NCBI GenBank assembly: GCA_964016885.1
Contig: OZ024740.1
Span: forward strand, 211,916,001 to 211,980,000
Length of the DNA: 64,000 bases
Reading direction: 5' to 3'
Source of the DNA: Eledone cirrhosa
Lineage: Eukaryota
Shown: positions 1 to 12,273 of the stretch, piece after piece
Numbering within the stretch: the first letter of the stretch is position 1
How the letters are laid out: every line of letters starts with the position of its first letter
Notes under the pieces: generated by a model
What the model saw: only the letters and a program-made list of their open reading frames with translations
What the model was told of the DNA's origin: nothing
Database searches by the model: none
Made by a program: the position numbers and the translations under genes

Positions 1-3000
1 TGAAAACAACCCCTCCCCAAAACATAACACTGACACCAACACAAAAGAGCTCACAACAACAGCAAACAAAAAACACCACACAAAAACAAAAACAAGCATA
101 CACATACATAAACACAAGAAACAAAAAACTGTTAAACATTGTGTACAACAACAATCTAATAAAAACCCAAGGGCCTAACTTCACCCAGGCAGGGGATTTC
201 CCCCACCTCAAAATGATTAAGGCCCCACAGGACAACTATAAACTTTAAAAAACAACTTTAAAGAGGACGTGGGTCCCCCCCTGCGTCGGGCCCATTAACC
301 GCGTCCTCCTAGAAAACTACCCCACCCCTCCCCAAACACCCACACAACTCCAAACTCCCCAACCACACAACACACTGATGCCCCTACACCTCCACAAACC
401 ACCACCCCACCCAACAACCCATACCCCACCCTAATGGAAATTGTGCAGCCCGATACCCGGGACGCAGAGGGGTAAGTGCCTTTTCTCTTCACCACCAACA
501 TGGCCATGCTAAGAGTAGGCTGTTTAAATGCGCGTGGCCTGGGCTCAACTTGGAAGCAAGCAATGCTTCTAAATGACCTCAGGTCACAACGTATAGATGT
601 GATGGTTATTTGCGAGGCCCGGATCAGCAACGTGCGACAGCTGGCCCCCACCTTTGATGACTTTGAGATGCACGCATCTCTCTGTCAGCCCGGAGGTGGG
701 GGTGGGGTTGTCGTTCTGCTGCAAAAACATCTGGGTCTCGCAACACAGATGGTACATTTGGACCCGGAGGGTCGACTAGTGGTTCTGGACCTTGGCAGTG
801 GTAAAGGCGGAGCGTTTAGGTTGGTAGCCGCCTACGGCCCTTTCGGGTCAATGCGGCCGGACTTCTTCCATCGTCTGGAGACTTTTCTAGGGACGTCCCG
901 CTCCTTGCTATTAGTGGGGGACTGGAATGGTATCCTAGATGCACGCTGGGACTACGTAGGGGCCTGTCCCGATAGAGAGGGGTGTAATAGCCTCAAAGGG
1001 TTAATCGGTCGATTTGACCTGGCCGATAGATATCGACTAGATTTTCCGACTGCGTCAACCTGGACTTGGGCAAATCGTAGCGGATCATCTAGGTCGTACC
1101 TAGATAGGTTCTTATTTAGAATTAAGGATAAGGACTTTTTAAGTTGTCCAAAAATGCGCATGGTTGGCTATTCAGACCACAAGTTAGTGACCTGCATGGT
1201 CAACCTTGACAGAACTCATAGACAGGGACCCGGTTACGGGAAGCTCAACTTGTCCTTACCAGCAAGTAAGGCTTACAGGGACCGGATTAGCACTTTAGTT
1301 AAGGAGCGGTTGACGGGCGCCATCGTCAACAGCAGGTGGTGGGGATCTCTCAAAAGAGAGATTAGAGTAGTCTCTATAGAATTTAGTAAGGAGTTAGCCT
1401 CAAATAGAAATAGGAAGGAAAGGGAGTTGGTAGATAGTGTAGAAGAGGCAATTAGAAGCGGCGACGTGGCCAGAGTGCTAGCGTCGAGAACGGCCCTGGG
1501 CCAGTTCTTCGACGCGAAACACGAAGGCTGCATCGTCCGAAGCAAAATACGTGCTCTGGGAAACGAGGGGACCAAAGTTGTTAGCTGGGCCCGCGTGACA
1601 GAAGCCAAAAAGAGGGAGCAGATCCACTATCCGGTCTTTGCGAGACCAGGAAGGACGGATGATCCTTGAACCTAAGCAGATGTGCGAGGCTTTTCAAAAG
1701 CACTTTGCCGGATTGTTCGGAAGGGGCGGGGAGCCGGTTGGGGGTGTGGACTTCGGTCCATACCTCGACGGCCTGCCGCGTCTCTCGGACAGGGAGGCGA
1801 AGTCCTGCGAGGAGCAGATTTCAGCCGCTGAGATAGATGACGTGCTGAGCCAATGCGGCAAACGCAAATCCCCGGGTCTCGATGGTCTTCCATACGAACT
1901 ATATCTAGCTATGCCGGACTTGTTCCCCGATCTCCTCGAGGCGGTCTACTGCAACTGGCAACAGAACGGGAGAATTCCCTGTGCTGTGACCAAGGGCGTA
2001 GTCACGCTAGTGAGGAAGGATGAGAACAAGGGGGACGATATAAATAATTTCAGGCCCATAACTCTGCTAAATACAGAGTTACAGATTTTGGCCAAGGTGC
2101 TAGCAAAGAGGTTGGCGCTTGTCGTGAGTAACCTGGTGAGAGATACGCAGACATACATGTGCTATCCCGTCCAGGTCCATCCACGACAACCTCCACATCA
2201 TACGATACATCATAGAGAGGGTTGGGAACGAACCCGGCTTTGGTGGGGCCCTGATCAACTTGGATCAATCTAAGGCATTCGATAGGGTCGACCATGGTTA
2301 CCTGGATGCGGTGCTAGCGGCGGCAGGCTTCGGACCCGTTTTCAGGGGTTGGATCCCTGCCATGCACAGCAGCCGCATCTGCTCTAGGGTCAAGGTGAAC
2401 GGCTACCTCTCGGAGCCGTTCGAAATCACGCGGTCCATCCGACAGGGGTGCCCTCTCTCCTCCCTTCTGTATGTAATGACTCTAGAGCCACTGCTGCGGA
2501 AGTTGGAGTTGTTGCAGGGCATCCCGTTGGAATCGGGATTGCGGAAAGCGGTGTCAGCCTACGCCGATGACGTAACAGTAATGGTGTCAACGTCCTCGGA
2601 AATCGGGGCGATCGGCACCTTACTGGAGGAGTACGAAAGGTTTACAGGGGCTAAGCTGAACCGGGACAAGTCGATCGGTCTGCAACTCGGCACGTGGAGG
2701 GGCAGATCGATGCCCTCCGATGGCGTCGTCGGGCGCTGGACGGAGGGCCCGGTGAAGTTGCTCGGGGTCTGGTTCGGACCAGCCCTCCAGGTGGAGAAGA
2801 ACTGGGGTGAGGTAACGAACAGGGTGTTTGCACTGACCCAGAAGTGGGCCGAGTGCAAACTGTCCCTGAAAGGTCGGGCGGAGGTGGCGAACACTTATAT
2901 AGTGTCCGTCATCTACTACTTCCTGACCGTTGTGCCTTGCCCAAGGGAAACGCTAGCCAAAATGGAGCGCGCACTCTTCCAATTCCTTTGGAAGAAGCGG

Positions 3001-4205
3001 GCTCCTATGGTGAGGAGATCCATCTGCTGTCAACACCCTTCGAAAGGAGGGCTGGGGATGCCGTGGCTAATGATACGTAAACACGCATTAAGGCCACGGC
3101 ACCTTCAGGTATTCCTCTCCGGTCAACCGGTGTGGGCCCCGTTTGTGAGGCGAGCCTTTCCCAGACTCGTCTCACTCACCGAGCTGCAATCCTGGGTCAA
3201 GCAAAGACCGAGAAAACTGGGCGCCTGGCACACCGAGTGTGCCCAGGCGCTCACGGCTCTCTGGCAGGCGGACCCGGCTGTCAGTGGAGAATCCACCTCG
3301 TCATTCTATAGAGGGCTGGTGGTTAGCAGGTGCGACGACCGCCTCGGAGAAGCCCTAGGCATGGAGGAAGACGAGCTGGCCAACCTGTTCGGTAAGACAT
3401 TCAGCCCGGGACCCATGGATAACTTCCAGAGGTCCCTGGCCTGGCAATGCTACAGAAGGGCTCTGCCCATTCGAGAAAGCCTCTACAGACACGGGCGCCC
3501 GGGTAGGGACCCCTCGAAAAAGATCTGTCCCAGATGCGTGTGCGACGAGGAAACCGTTGCACACGCATTGGTACACTGCTCGGACATTGCGGATCTGTGG
3601 GGCTATGTCGAACAACTGCTGTCAAGGGTGGGACCTATCCGGTTGACCACCGAGTCTATTGTAACGATCAAGCCGTCTCCCCTCTTCAAAAACGAAGAAG
3701 AGGCGGTGTTTCTGTGCGTAATAGCCATGGCGAAAGAGGTTGTATGGTGGACGCGTCTGAAAGGACTGAGGTCAGACACCTTTCTCTCTGGCCAACAACT
3801 GGTCCGTTTCTTCCGATATCATTTCGGAAGAAGGATCAGGATGGAGAGAGAGGTGCTGCACCCCAGCCGTTTTTATGAAAGATGGGTGAAAGTGGTGAGA
3901 ATGGCCCGTGTGAATGGGCCTTCACTCTACATCAGACTATAGGTGAGGAAGATGAAAGACCAAGGGAGCACCCCTTCTCTGTGCTCCTGAGGAAAAGGGT
4001 TGCACACTCTTTTTCGGGGGGGGGTGCGACCCCCCAAGGTGCCTCCTCTCTATTGAGGATTTTGTTATAAATTTTATTCTGTTATATTTTATTTTATTTT
4101 TATATTTTGTTATTGCCTCCTCCTTATTGAGGACGCCTTGTTTTATAAACTCCCCCCATTGTACTTGTCCCACTTTTGATGCCCTGGTGGCAAATAAAAG
4201 AAACA
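1..4205 (+). mobile_element. Tx1/L1-clade non-LTR retrotransposon, copy A (5' part outside window)
   Basis: ORF1 C-terminus ends at TAA 473-475; ORF2 500-3942; 3'UTR with AATAAA 4193-4198 followed by (TATC)n. Confidence 0.93.
500..3942 (+). pseudogene. Copy A ORF2 (APE endonuclease + RT + C-terminal Cys finger), frameshifted
   Basis: Motifs LNARGL, GDWN, YLDRF, SDH; FRPITLLN, LDQSKAFDRV, IRQGCPLS, AYADD; CPRC..ETVAHAL..C; split across ORFs 476-1669, 1638-2273, 2260-3942. Confidence 0.93.

Positions 4206-4276
<71 letters not shown>
4206..4276. repeat. (TATC)n microsatellite between copies A and B
   Basis: Direct reading. Confidence 0.98.
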
Positions 4277-4513
4277 ATAATCTAGCTGTCGTCTGTTCTA
4301 CAGCGTAGAAGTAATTCACTTCGCGCAGAAGTTTTGTTCAAATTTATTGCGGAAATTTTGTAAGTTCAAATTTAATTTTGATACTTGTGTGTAGCTTGAC
4401 CCCCCCCGTCTTAACTGTCAGGCGGTTGGTCAGCTCATCTTTACCCCTCCTAGGGGTGAAAAACCTGTTTTTAAAAATTTTGTGGCAAAAAAAATTTCAA
4501 TCGTCTGACAGAA

Positions 4514-6423
4514 ATGTTAAACGAAGCGAACGAAAATAGTGGTGGGGGGACAGCGGTAAGAGTTGTAAGCTCGCACGCTTTAGTCCCCCCCTTCCTTCCC
4601 AACTAACGTCATAGAGAAGGAAGGAAAAAATAAAATAAAAACAGACGAATCTGCGGAGAAAAATGACGAAAACACAAATCTGGACATGGATTCCAACAAC
4701 GAAAAAAAAAATTTGAAGAATTGCATGACAATATTAATACCACAAACAAAGACACAACAAACACAAAAATAACATTTGAAAACAACATCATAACAGAAAG
4801 CAAAGCAGACGACAAAGTCAACACCAACAAGATTTCATTTGCACAAACAACAAAGAAATCTTTGACATATATACCTGAAAATATTTCAGATGTGGCACAA
4901 AGAATCACAGACGCCAAACAATACATAAGTGAAGGAGAGAATGGTATTTTATCGGTAAAAATGCCTCAAGAACTCACCAAAGACATTGAAAGTCGAACGG
5001 TCGTGTTCCGCACCATCAACAACACTTCTAAAAAACCTGAACAGCCAACTCAAACAGATATCAAAACAGTACTCACAGAAGTACTTAATGAAACCACTTT
5101 AATAAGAAAAGACAGACTGTATGGAAGCCTAGCAATTATTATGAAGAACGAATCGGCGGCAAAAAATGTGCTTTGTCACCGATTCGTTCGAAAAATTTTA
5201 CCTTTTATCCATCTTATATGGGTAAAAGAACTCAACGCATATGGCTGGATGCAATGATGCCAGATGTGGACTACTGCTGGCTCATAGCTGGCTTCATCGA
5301 TCCAGTGAATGACAACGTGATTTCCATTGGGAAAACCACAGGCAATGCGTTCAGTGGAACAGGTATAGAGCTGGTAGTGCAAATGAAGCCTGAACGTATC
5401 GCCCAAATACCCGACAGAATCCTATTAGAGGGCCACGGGTATATAAACATTAGCGTGGAGGAGAGAAGGCCGTCCTGTCATATCTGTGCAGGCAGAGGGC
5501 ACCTGAAGGCCGCTTGTCCCCAACTCAACAAAAAGAAAACCCTGCTATCAACACCAGCTCCACCACCACCACCACAACAGATAAACAAACAACAAAACTC
5601 AGTCCCCCCCAACCCATCCCTCAGTAAAACTACACCACCACCACAACACAAACAGTCACAACACATTACCCCAAAACAAAATACAGGCCCACCCAACCCC
5701 TCACTCAATAAAACAACACAACCACCGCAGCCACAACACACAACACAGTCTAACATAGTGACATCCATCTCCCCCACAAAGAAAACCAACACGGAAACAT
5801 TACCAGCAAACATACCTCTTCCCTCCAACACTGAAGATAACCCAACGAATTCGGAGGAAGAAACGGAGTCCTTCAGACAGATTAAAAGGAAAAAAAGAAA
5901 ACATGTGCAAAACACACAAGGCCAAACAACCCCCACCCAAATGTCAACACAATCCAACAAAACACAAAACACCCCTCCAGCAACAAACAAAACCAAACCT
6001 GCCCCTCCTCTCTTCGAAACACTCACACCATCCGAAAAAAAGACATTACACTATACTTACATCAACAGAAACAATAATAAATTAAATGAACTCATAAACA
6101 ATAATCCTTCGGTACAAACCGAAGGTGTAAACTTTGTTTCTTCAGAAAACTACCCACATTTAAAATTAATAAAGATCCCAATGGACCTCTACCAAAAACT
6201 AAAAAAGGATTTTAAGGAGGACGTAGGACCACCCTCTGTCAAACCCATAAACCGCGTCCTACTAAAAAGCTTTCCCCCTCCCCTTCCCCTCCCCAACACA
6301 ACTCCAAACACCCCAACCCCACCACACACTGACGACCCCACACCACCACAAGACACCCCTTCACCCAACACCCCCGACCCCATGGAAGTCGTGCGACCCG
6401 AACCCCGGGAAGCAGAAAGGTAG
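4514..6423 (+). pseudogene. Copy B ORF1 (nucleic-acid-binding protein with CCHC knuckle), frameshifted
   Basis: ORFs 4721-5257 and 5173-6423; CHICAGRGHLKAAC = CX2CX4HX4C; Pro/Thr-rich linker; KRKKRK basic patch. Confidence 0.85.
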
Positions 6424-6456
6424 GTCTCTACACTATCCTTTGGCTCTGCCGCCCAC

Positions 6457-9400
6457 ATGGATGTGTTAAGAGTAGGATGTTTGAATGCACGTGGCCTGGG
6501 CTCAACTTGGAAGCAAGCAAAGCTTCTAAATGACCTCAGGTCATGTGGTATAAATGTAATGGTTATCTGTGAGACTCGGATCAGCGTCGTGCGGAAGCTG
6601 GCCCCTACCTTCGATGACTTTGAGGTGCATGCATCTCTCTGTCAACCTGGAGGTGGGGTGGGGTTGTCGTACTGCTGCAAAAACACCTGGGTCTTGCCGT
6701 ACAGGTTGTGCACTCGGACCCGGAGGGTCGTCGGTTGGTGCTAGACGTTGGCAGTAGTGAAGGTGCGGCCTTGAGACTGGTCGCCGTCTACTCCCCTTTC
6801 GGAGCTGAACGGCCCGACTTCTTCCAGCGTTTGGAGACTTTTCTGGGAACGTCGCGTTCCCTGCTTCTAGCGGGGGATTGGAATGACATCCTAGATGCAC
6901 GTTGGGACTATGCAGGAGCATGTCCTAATAGAGGGGGGTGTAACAGCCTCAAGGGGTTACTCGACCGTTTTAACTTGGTCGATAGATATCGACTAGATTT
7001 TCCAACTGTGCCTACCTGGACTTGGAGAAACCACAGTGGTCAATCTAGATCGTACTTAGATAGATTCTTAGTTAGAAGTAAGGATAGGGACATATTAAGC
7101 TGTCCAGAAATGCACACGGTTGGCTATACGGATCACAAATTAGTGACCTGCGTAGTCAATCTCGAGAAAACACATAAACAGGGTCCCGGTTACTGGAAAC
7201 TTAATTTGTCTTTACCGGCAAAAGAGACTTACAGAAACCGGATTAGCAGATTAGTTAAGGAGAGGTTGACGGGTGCAATCGTCAACAACCGATGGTGGGC
7301 ATCTCTCAAAAGAGAGATTAGAACAGAATCAATAAGTTATAGCAAGATGTTAGCTGCCGATAGGAATAGAAACGAGAAAGAATTAACAGGTAAATTAGAA
7401 GAGGCAATCAAGAGCGAAGATATGGCCAGAGTGCTGGCATCGAGGACGGCCTTGAACCAGTTTGTCGATGCAAAGCACGAAGGCTGCGTCATTCGAAGTA
7501 AAATACGTGCTCTAGGTAATGAGGGGGCCAAAGCCGTTGGCTGGGCCCGCGTGACAGAAGCTAAGAGTGGAAATCGATCCACCATCCGGTCGTTGCAAGA
7601 CGAGGATGGACGGGTGATCCGGGAGCCTAAGCAGATGTGCGAGGCCTTTCAAAGGCACTTTGCCAGATTATTCGGGGGAGGCGAGGGTCCGGGCGGGGAC
7701 GTGGATTTCGGTCCATACCTCGACGGCCTGCCGCGTCTCTCGAGCGAAGAGGAAGAGTCCTGCGAGGGACCAATCTCGGCTGATGAGATCGGAGATGCGC
7801 TGAGCCAATGCAGCAGACGCAAATCTCCAGGTCTCGATGGTATACCTTACGAACTTTATTTAGCAATGCCGGTCTTCTTCTCCGAACTCCTCGAAGCGGT
7901 CTACTGCAATTGGCAGCAGAACGGGAGAATTCCTTGTTCTGTAGCCAAGGGCGTAGTCTCGCTGGTGGGGAAGGACGAGAACAAGGGGATAGTATAAATA
8001 ATTTTCGGCCCATAACCCTGCTAAACACAGAGTTAAAGATTTTGGCCAAGGTGTTAGCAAAGAGGTTGGCGCTTGTCGTGGGTGGCCTGGTGAGAGATGC
8101 GCAGACATGTGCTATCCCATCCAGGTCCATTCACGATAACCTCCACCTCATGCGATACATCATAGAGAGGGTTGGCAACAAACCCGGCTTCGGTGGGGCC
8201 CTGATCAACTTGGATCAGTCTAAGGCCTTCGATAGGGTCGACCATGGTTACCTGGATGCGGTGCTAGCGGCGGCTGGGTTCGGTCCTGTGTTCAGAGGCT
8301 GGATCACTGCCTTACATAGCAACCACATCTGTTCTAGGATCAAGGTGAACGGCTACCTTTCGAAGCCGTTCGAAATCACACGATCCATTCGACAGGGGTG
8401 CCCTCTCTCCTCCCTTCTGTACGTATTGACTCTCGAGCCTTTACTGAGGAAGTTAGAGTTGTTGCAGGGTATCCGCCTGGAACCAGGATTGAGCAAAGCG
8501 GTGTCGGCCTACGCCGATGACGTAACAGTAATGGTATCGACCGACTCGGAAATCGAGGCGATCGGTACCTTACTGGAGGATTACGAAAGGTTGTCAGGAG
8601 CGAAACTGAACAGGGAAAAATCCATCGGGTTGCAACTCGGAACGTGGAGAGGCAGACCGATGCCTCCCGACTGTGTCGTCGGACACTGGACGGAGGGCCC
8701 GGTAAAGTTGCTTGCGGTCTGGTTTGGACCGGACCTCCAGGTGGAAAAGAACTGGGACGAGGTTACGAACAAGGTGTTTGCACTAACCCAGAAATGGGCC
8801 AAGTGTAGGCTGTCCCTAAAAGGCCGGGCGGAGGTGGCGAACATTTACATAGCGTCCGTCACTTACTACCGCCTGACTGTCGTGCCTTGCCCTAAGGAAA
8901 CACTCACCACCATGGAACGCATGCTCTTCCAATTTCTTTGGAAGAAGCGCCCTCCTATGGTGAGAAGATCCATCTGCTGCCAACAACCTTCGAAATGAGG
9001 GCTGGGGATGCCGGGGATTCCTCACTGGTCAACCGGTGTGGGCTCCGTTCGTGAAACGAGCCTTTCCGAGACTCGTCTCGCTCACCGAGCTGCAGTCCTG
9101 GGTCAAGCAAAGATCCGGAAAACTGGGAGACTGGCACACTGAGTGTGCCCAGGCGCTCAGGGCTCTCTGGCAAGCGGGCCAGGCCATCGGTGGAGAATCC
9201 ACCTCATCATTCTATAGAGGGTTGGTGGCTAGCAGGGGCGATGACACCCTTGGAGAGTCGCTGGACATGGAAGAGGACGATCTGGCCAGACTGTTCGGTA
9301 GGACTTTCGGCCCGGGACCAATGGACAACTTCCAGAAGTCACTAGCCTGGCAGTGCTACCGGGGGGCTCTACCCGTTCGAGAGAGGCGCTACAGACACGG

Positions 9401-9848
9401 GCGCCCGGGCAGGGATCCCTCAAAAAAGATTTGCCCTAGATGCGTGCGTCACGAAGAAACCGTTGCGCACGCATTGGTGCAATGTCCGGGCGTGGCTGAT
9501 CTGTGGGGCTACGCCGAACGACTGCTGTCGCGGGTGGCGCCGATTCAATTGACCGCCGAGTCCGTGATGACAATCAAACCGCCTCCCCTCTTCACAAAGG
9601 AAGCAAAGGGGGTTTTTCTGTGCGAAATAGCCATGTTGAAAGAGGTTGTTTGGTGGACACGATTGAAAGGTCTGAGGTCAGGCAACTTCCTCTCTGGCCA
9701 TAGTCTGGTCTACTTCTTCCGATATCACTTCGGAAGAAGGATAAGAATGGAGAGAGAGGTGCTTGGCCACAGGCAGTTTTCTGAAAGGTGGGTGATAGTG
9801 GCGAGAATGGCTCGTGTAAATGGGCCTTCTCTGTATACCATCCTGTAG
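6457..9848 (+). pseudogene. Copy B ORF2 (APE-RT), frameshifted, short deletion near 9010
   Basis: ORFs 6457-6744, 6708-7997, 7808-8998, 9036-9848 with the same motifs as copy A. Confidence 0.93.
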
Positions 9849-10062
9849 GTAAAAAAGTGAAGGAGAGGGGAGCACCTTCTCCATGTACTCCCCGGGCAAA
9901 GGATTGCACACTTTTTCGGGGGTGTGTGCAACCCCCATCACGTCCCCTCCCTTTTGAGGTTATTTTCGATTATTTTCATTTTATATCCTTTTTACTCGAT
10001 TGTACGTGAACTCCCCCTTTGTATTTGTCCCTTCTTTTTATGCCTTTATGGTAAATAAAGAA

Positions 10063-10109
<47 letters not shown>
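10063..10109. repeat. (TATC)n microsatellite between copies B and C
   Basis: Direct reading. Confidence 0.98.
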
Positions 10110-10325
10110 AGACGTGTGTAAATTCGCGGAGAAGTTTCCGTTAATTTATGTAAGGAAAAAACGTAAGTTTTTAGTTAAATTTTATATCATTGTGTAACTT
10201 GACCACCCGTCTGGACCTTCAGGTGGTGGGTCAACTCATTTTCGCCCCTTCAGGGGCGGAATATCCATTAAAAAATTTTTCTCCATCGAATCTTGGAAAA
10301 AATATTGTAAAATTTTGATTACGTT

Positions 10326-12240
10326 ATGAACGCTGCGTCCAACGATAATGGTGGTGGAGAGGCGGTAAGACTACAAAGCTCGCAGTCAACAACGTCTTCT
10401 TCACTAGATACTATAGAGATGGAAAGACAAAATGAAAATAAAAAAACGAATTCACATCCAAACAACACAAATGACACCAAACAGCTCAATGACAACAAAA
10501 ATAACAGCAACACCAATAATGATGATAAAAGCAACAATGATAACAACAACAAAGAAAAAAATAAAGACAACGCCAATAACACCAGCATCAAAGACAACAA
10601 CAACACCAAGGAAAATACGGATGATACCAACATCGGTGACAACAAGAATAACAACAACAATAACAACAATAATAACACCACCAATACGGATTCCACAAAG
10701 AAACCAAAAAATCTCCTTTGCGGAGAAAGTTCAAAAGAAAGAACAATTGATATATCTCGACATAACAAATGCTGAACAACTTTTAAAGGACGCTAAGAGA
10801 TATGTCACTTTCGAAAAAAATGGTGCTTTCAGCATCAATTCTCCGGTAGAAATACGCAAGGAAACTGCTCTCAAAACGATAGTTTTTAGGACAGTTTCCA
10901 ATTCTACCCGAAAACCAGTCCAATTGTCACAGAAAGATATTGAACTGGTTTTCAAAGATTCAATGAATGATATTGCATTCATTCAAAGAAGCAAACTTTT
11001 TGGGAGTATTTCGGTACTGATGAAGGATCAATTGACGGCCCAAAATTACTCTGTGTCGCCAATTGTATCCAACCTGTACACCTTTTTCCCTACATACATG
11101 GGAAAAAGGACACAAAAGATCAGAATCACAAGTGTCACACCAAAGGTGAACATATGGTGGATACTGTGCGGCTTCATCAATTTTGATGAAGACAGAATAC
11201 TGTCAGTAGGAAAGTCCCCCAGAGATGTATTCAATGGGACTAGCATTGAAGTTCTGGTGCAAATGAGCCCATAGCGAATAGCTATCATCCCACAGCGTGT
11301 ACTCCTGGACGGACTCACCTACATAAACTTTTCGGTTGAGGGTAGGCGGCCTTCATGTTACCATTGCGTTAGCAGGGGTCACCTGAGGGCTTCCTGTCCT
11401 AAACTAATGAACCAAAAAAAGGCTCTTCTGCCGACACCCATCAAAACAACACAACCACCAACACCACCACAACAACAACAACACCAACACACAAAAATAA
11501 CCACAACAAACACAGTCCCACCCAACCTCACTCCACCTAAAACCACTGCAAAATCACATACAGACACAACAGCTCCCCAAGACATACCCCTCCCCAATCA
11601 CACAGACGATACAACAGATGAGGCTATCTCGCCATCACCCAGTGAAGACGAGGGAGAACCCCATCGCTCGAAAAGAAAGAAAAGACATCACAAAAGCAAA
11701 AAACCAGCAAACACTACCACAAACATACAACCACCAACACAAACAACAAAAATATCACAAACAAAACCCCCACCTCCTGAAAACAAAATACCTACAACAA
11801 AACGAAAGCACGCACAAGAACTACAGACAAAAACAAACACAACACAAGAAAATTACACTTACACTTACATAAACACTGAAAACAAAACACTAATGGAGAC
11901 CATCACGAACGACCCTTCGGTTTTCACCGAGGGGAAATCTTTCGCCCACTCTATAAAAAATAGCAAAAAACTGAACCTAAAACTGATTAGGGTCCCTATA
12001 CAAACTTATAGGTCCCTAAAAGAAACATTTGAGAAGGATGTGGGGAATTCCTGCGTGAAACCACTCAACCGCGTCCTTCTCAAATGCCTCCCCACCCCAG
12101 ACACCCCCATCCCACCAGACCCCACCCCACCAAACATCTGCGTCCCCACCCCGCCGGAAACCACCACCCACCCAGACAACCCCTCCAACACCCCCATGGA
12201 AATCGTGCGGCCTGGTCCCCAGGAGACGAGGGGTGAGTGA
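10326..12240 (+). pseudogene. Copy C ORF1, frameshift plus premature stop at 11272-11274
   Basis: Asn-rich N-terminus, SFAEKV, CYHCVSRGHLRASC knuckle, C-terminal block shared with the other copies. Confidence 0.85.
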
Positions 12241-12273
12241 TCTCTTTTCCTCTTTTAACTTTTCAGCACCAAC

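Larger units (their letters stand above)
4281..10062 (+). mobile_element. Tx1/L1-clade element, copy B (full length, decayed)
   Basis: 5'UTR hairpins, ORF1 ~4514-6423, ORF2 6457-9848, 3'UTR ending AATAAAGAAA then (TATC)n. Confidence 0.93.

Noticed and set aside
10110-10200. HDV-like ribozyme at element 5' ends
   Set aside because: Could not build the nested double pseudoknot by eye; only simple hairpins are visible.
12233-12266. 34-nt GT..AG mini-intron in the C-family spacer
   Set aside because: Very short, out of frame for fusion, and the AG is absent from A, B, F, G and H.
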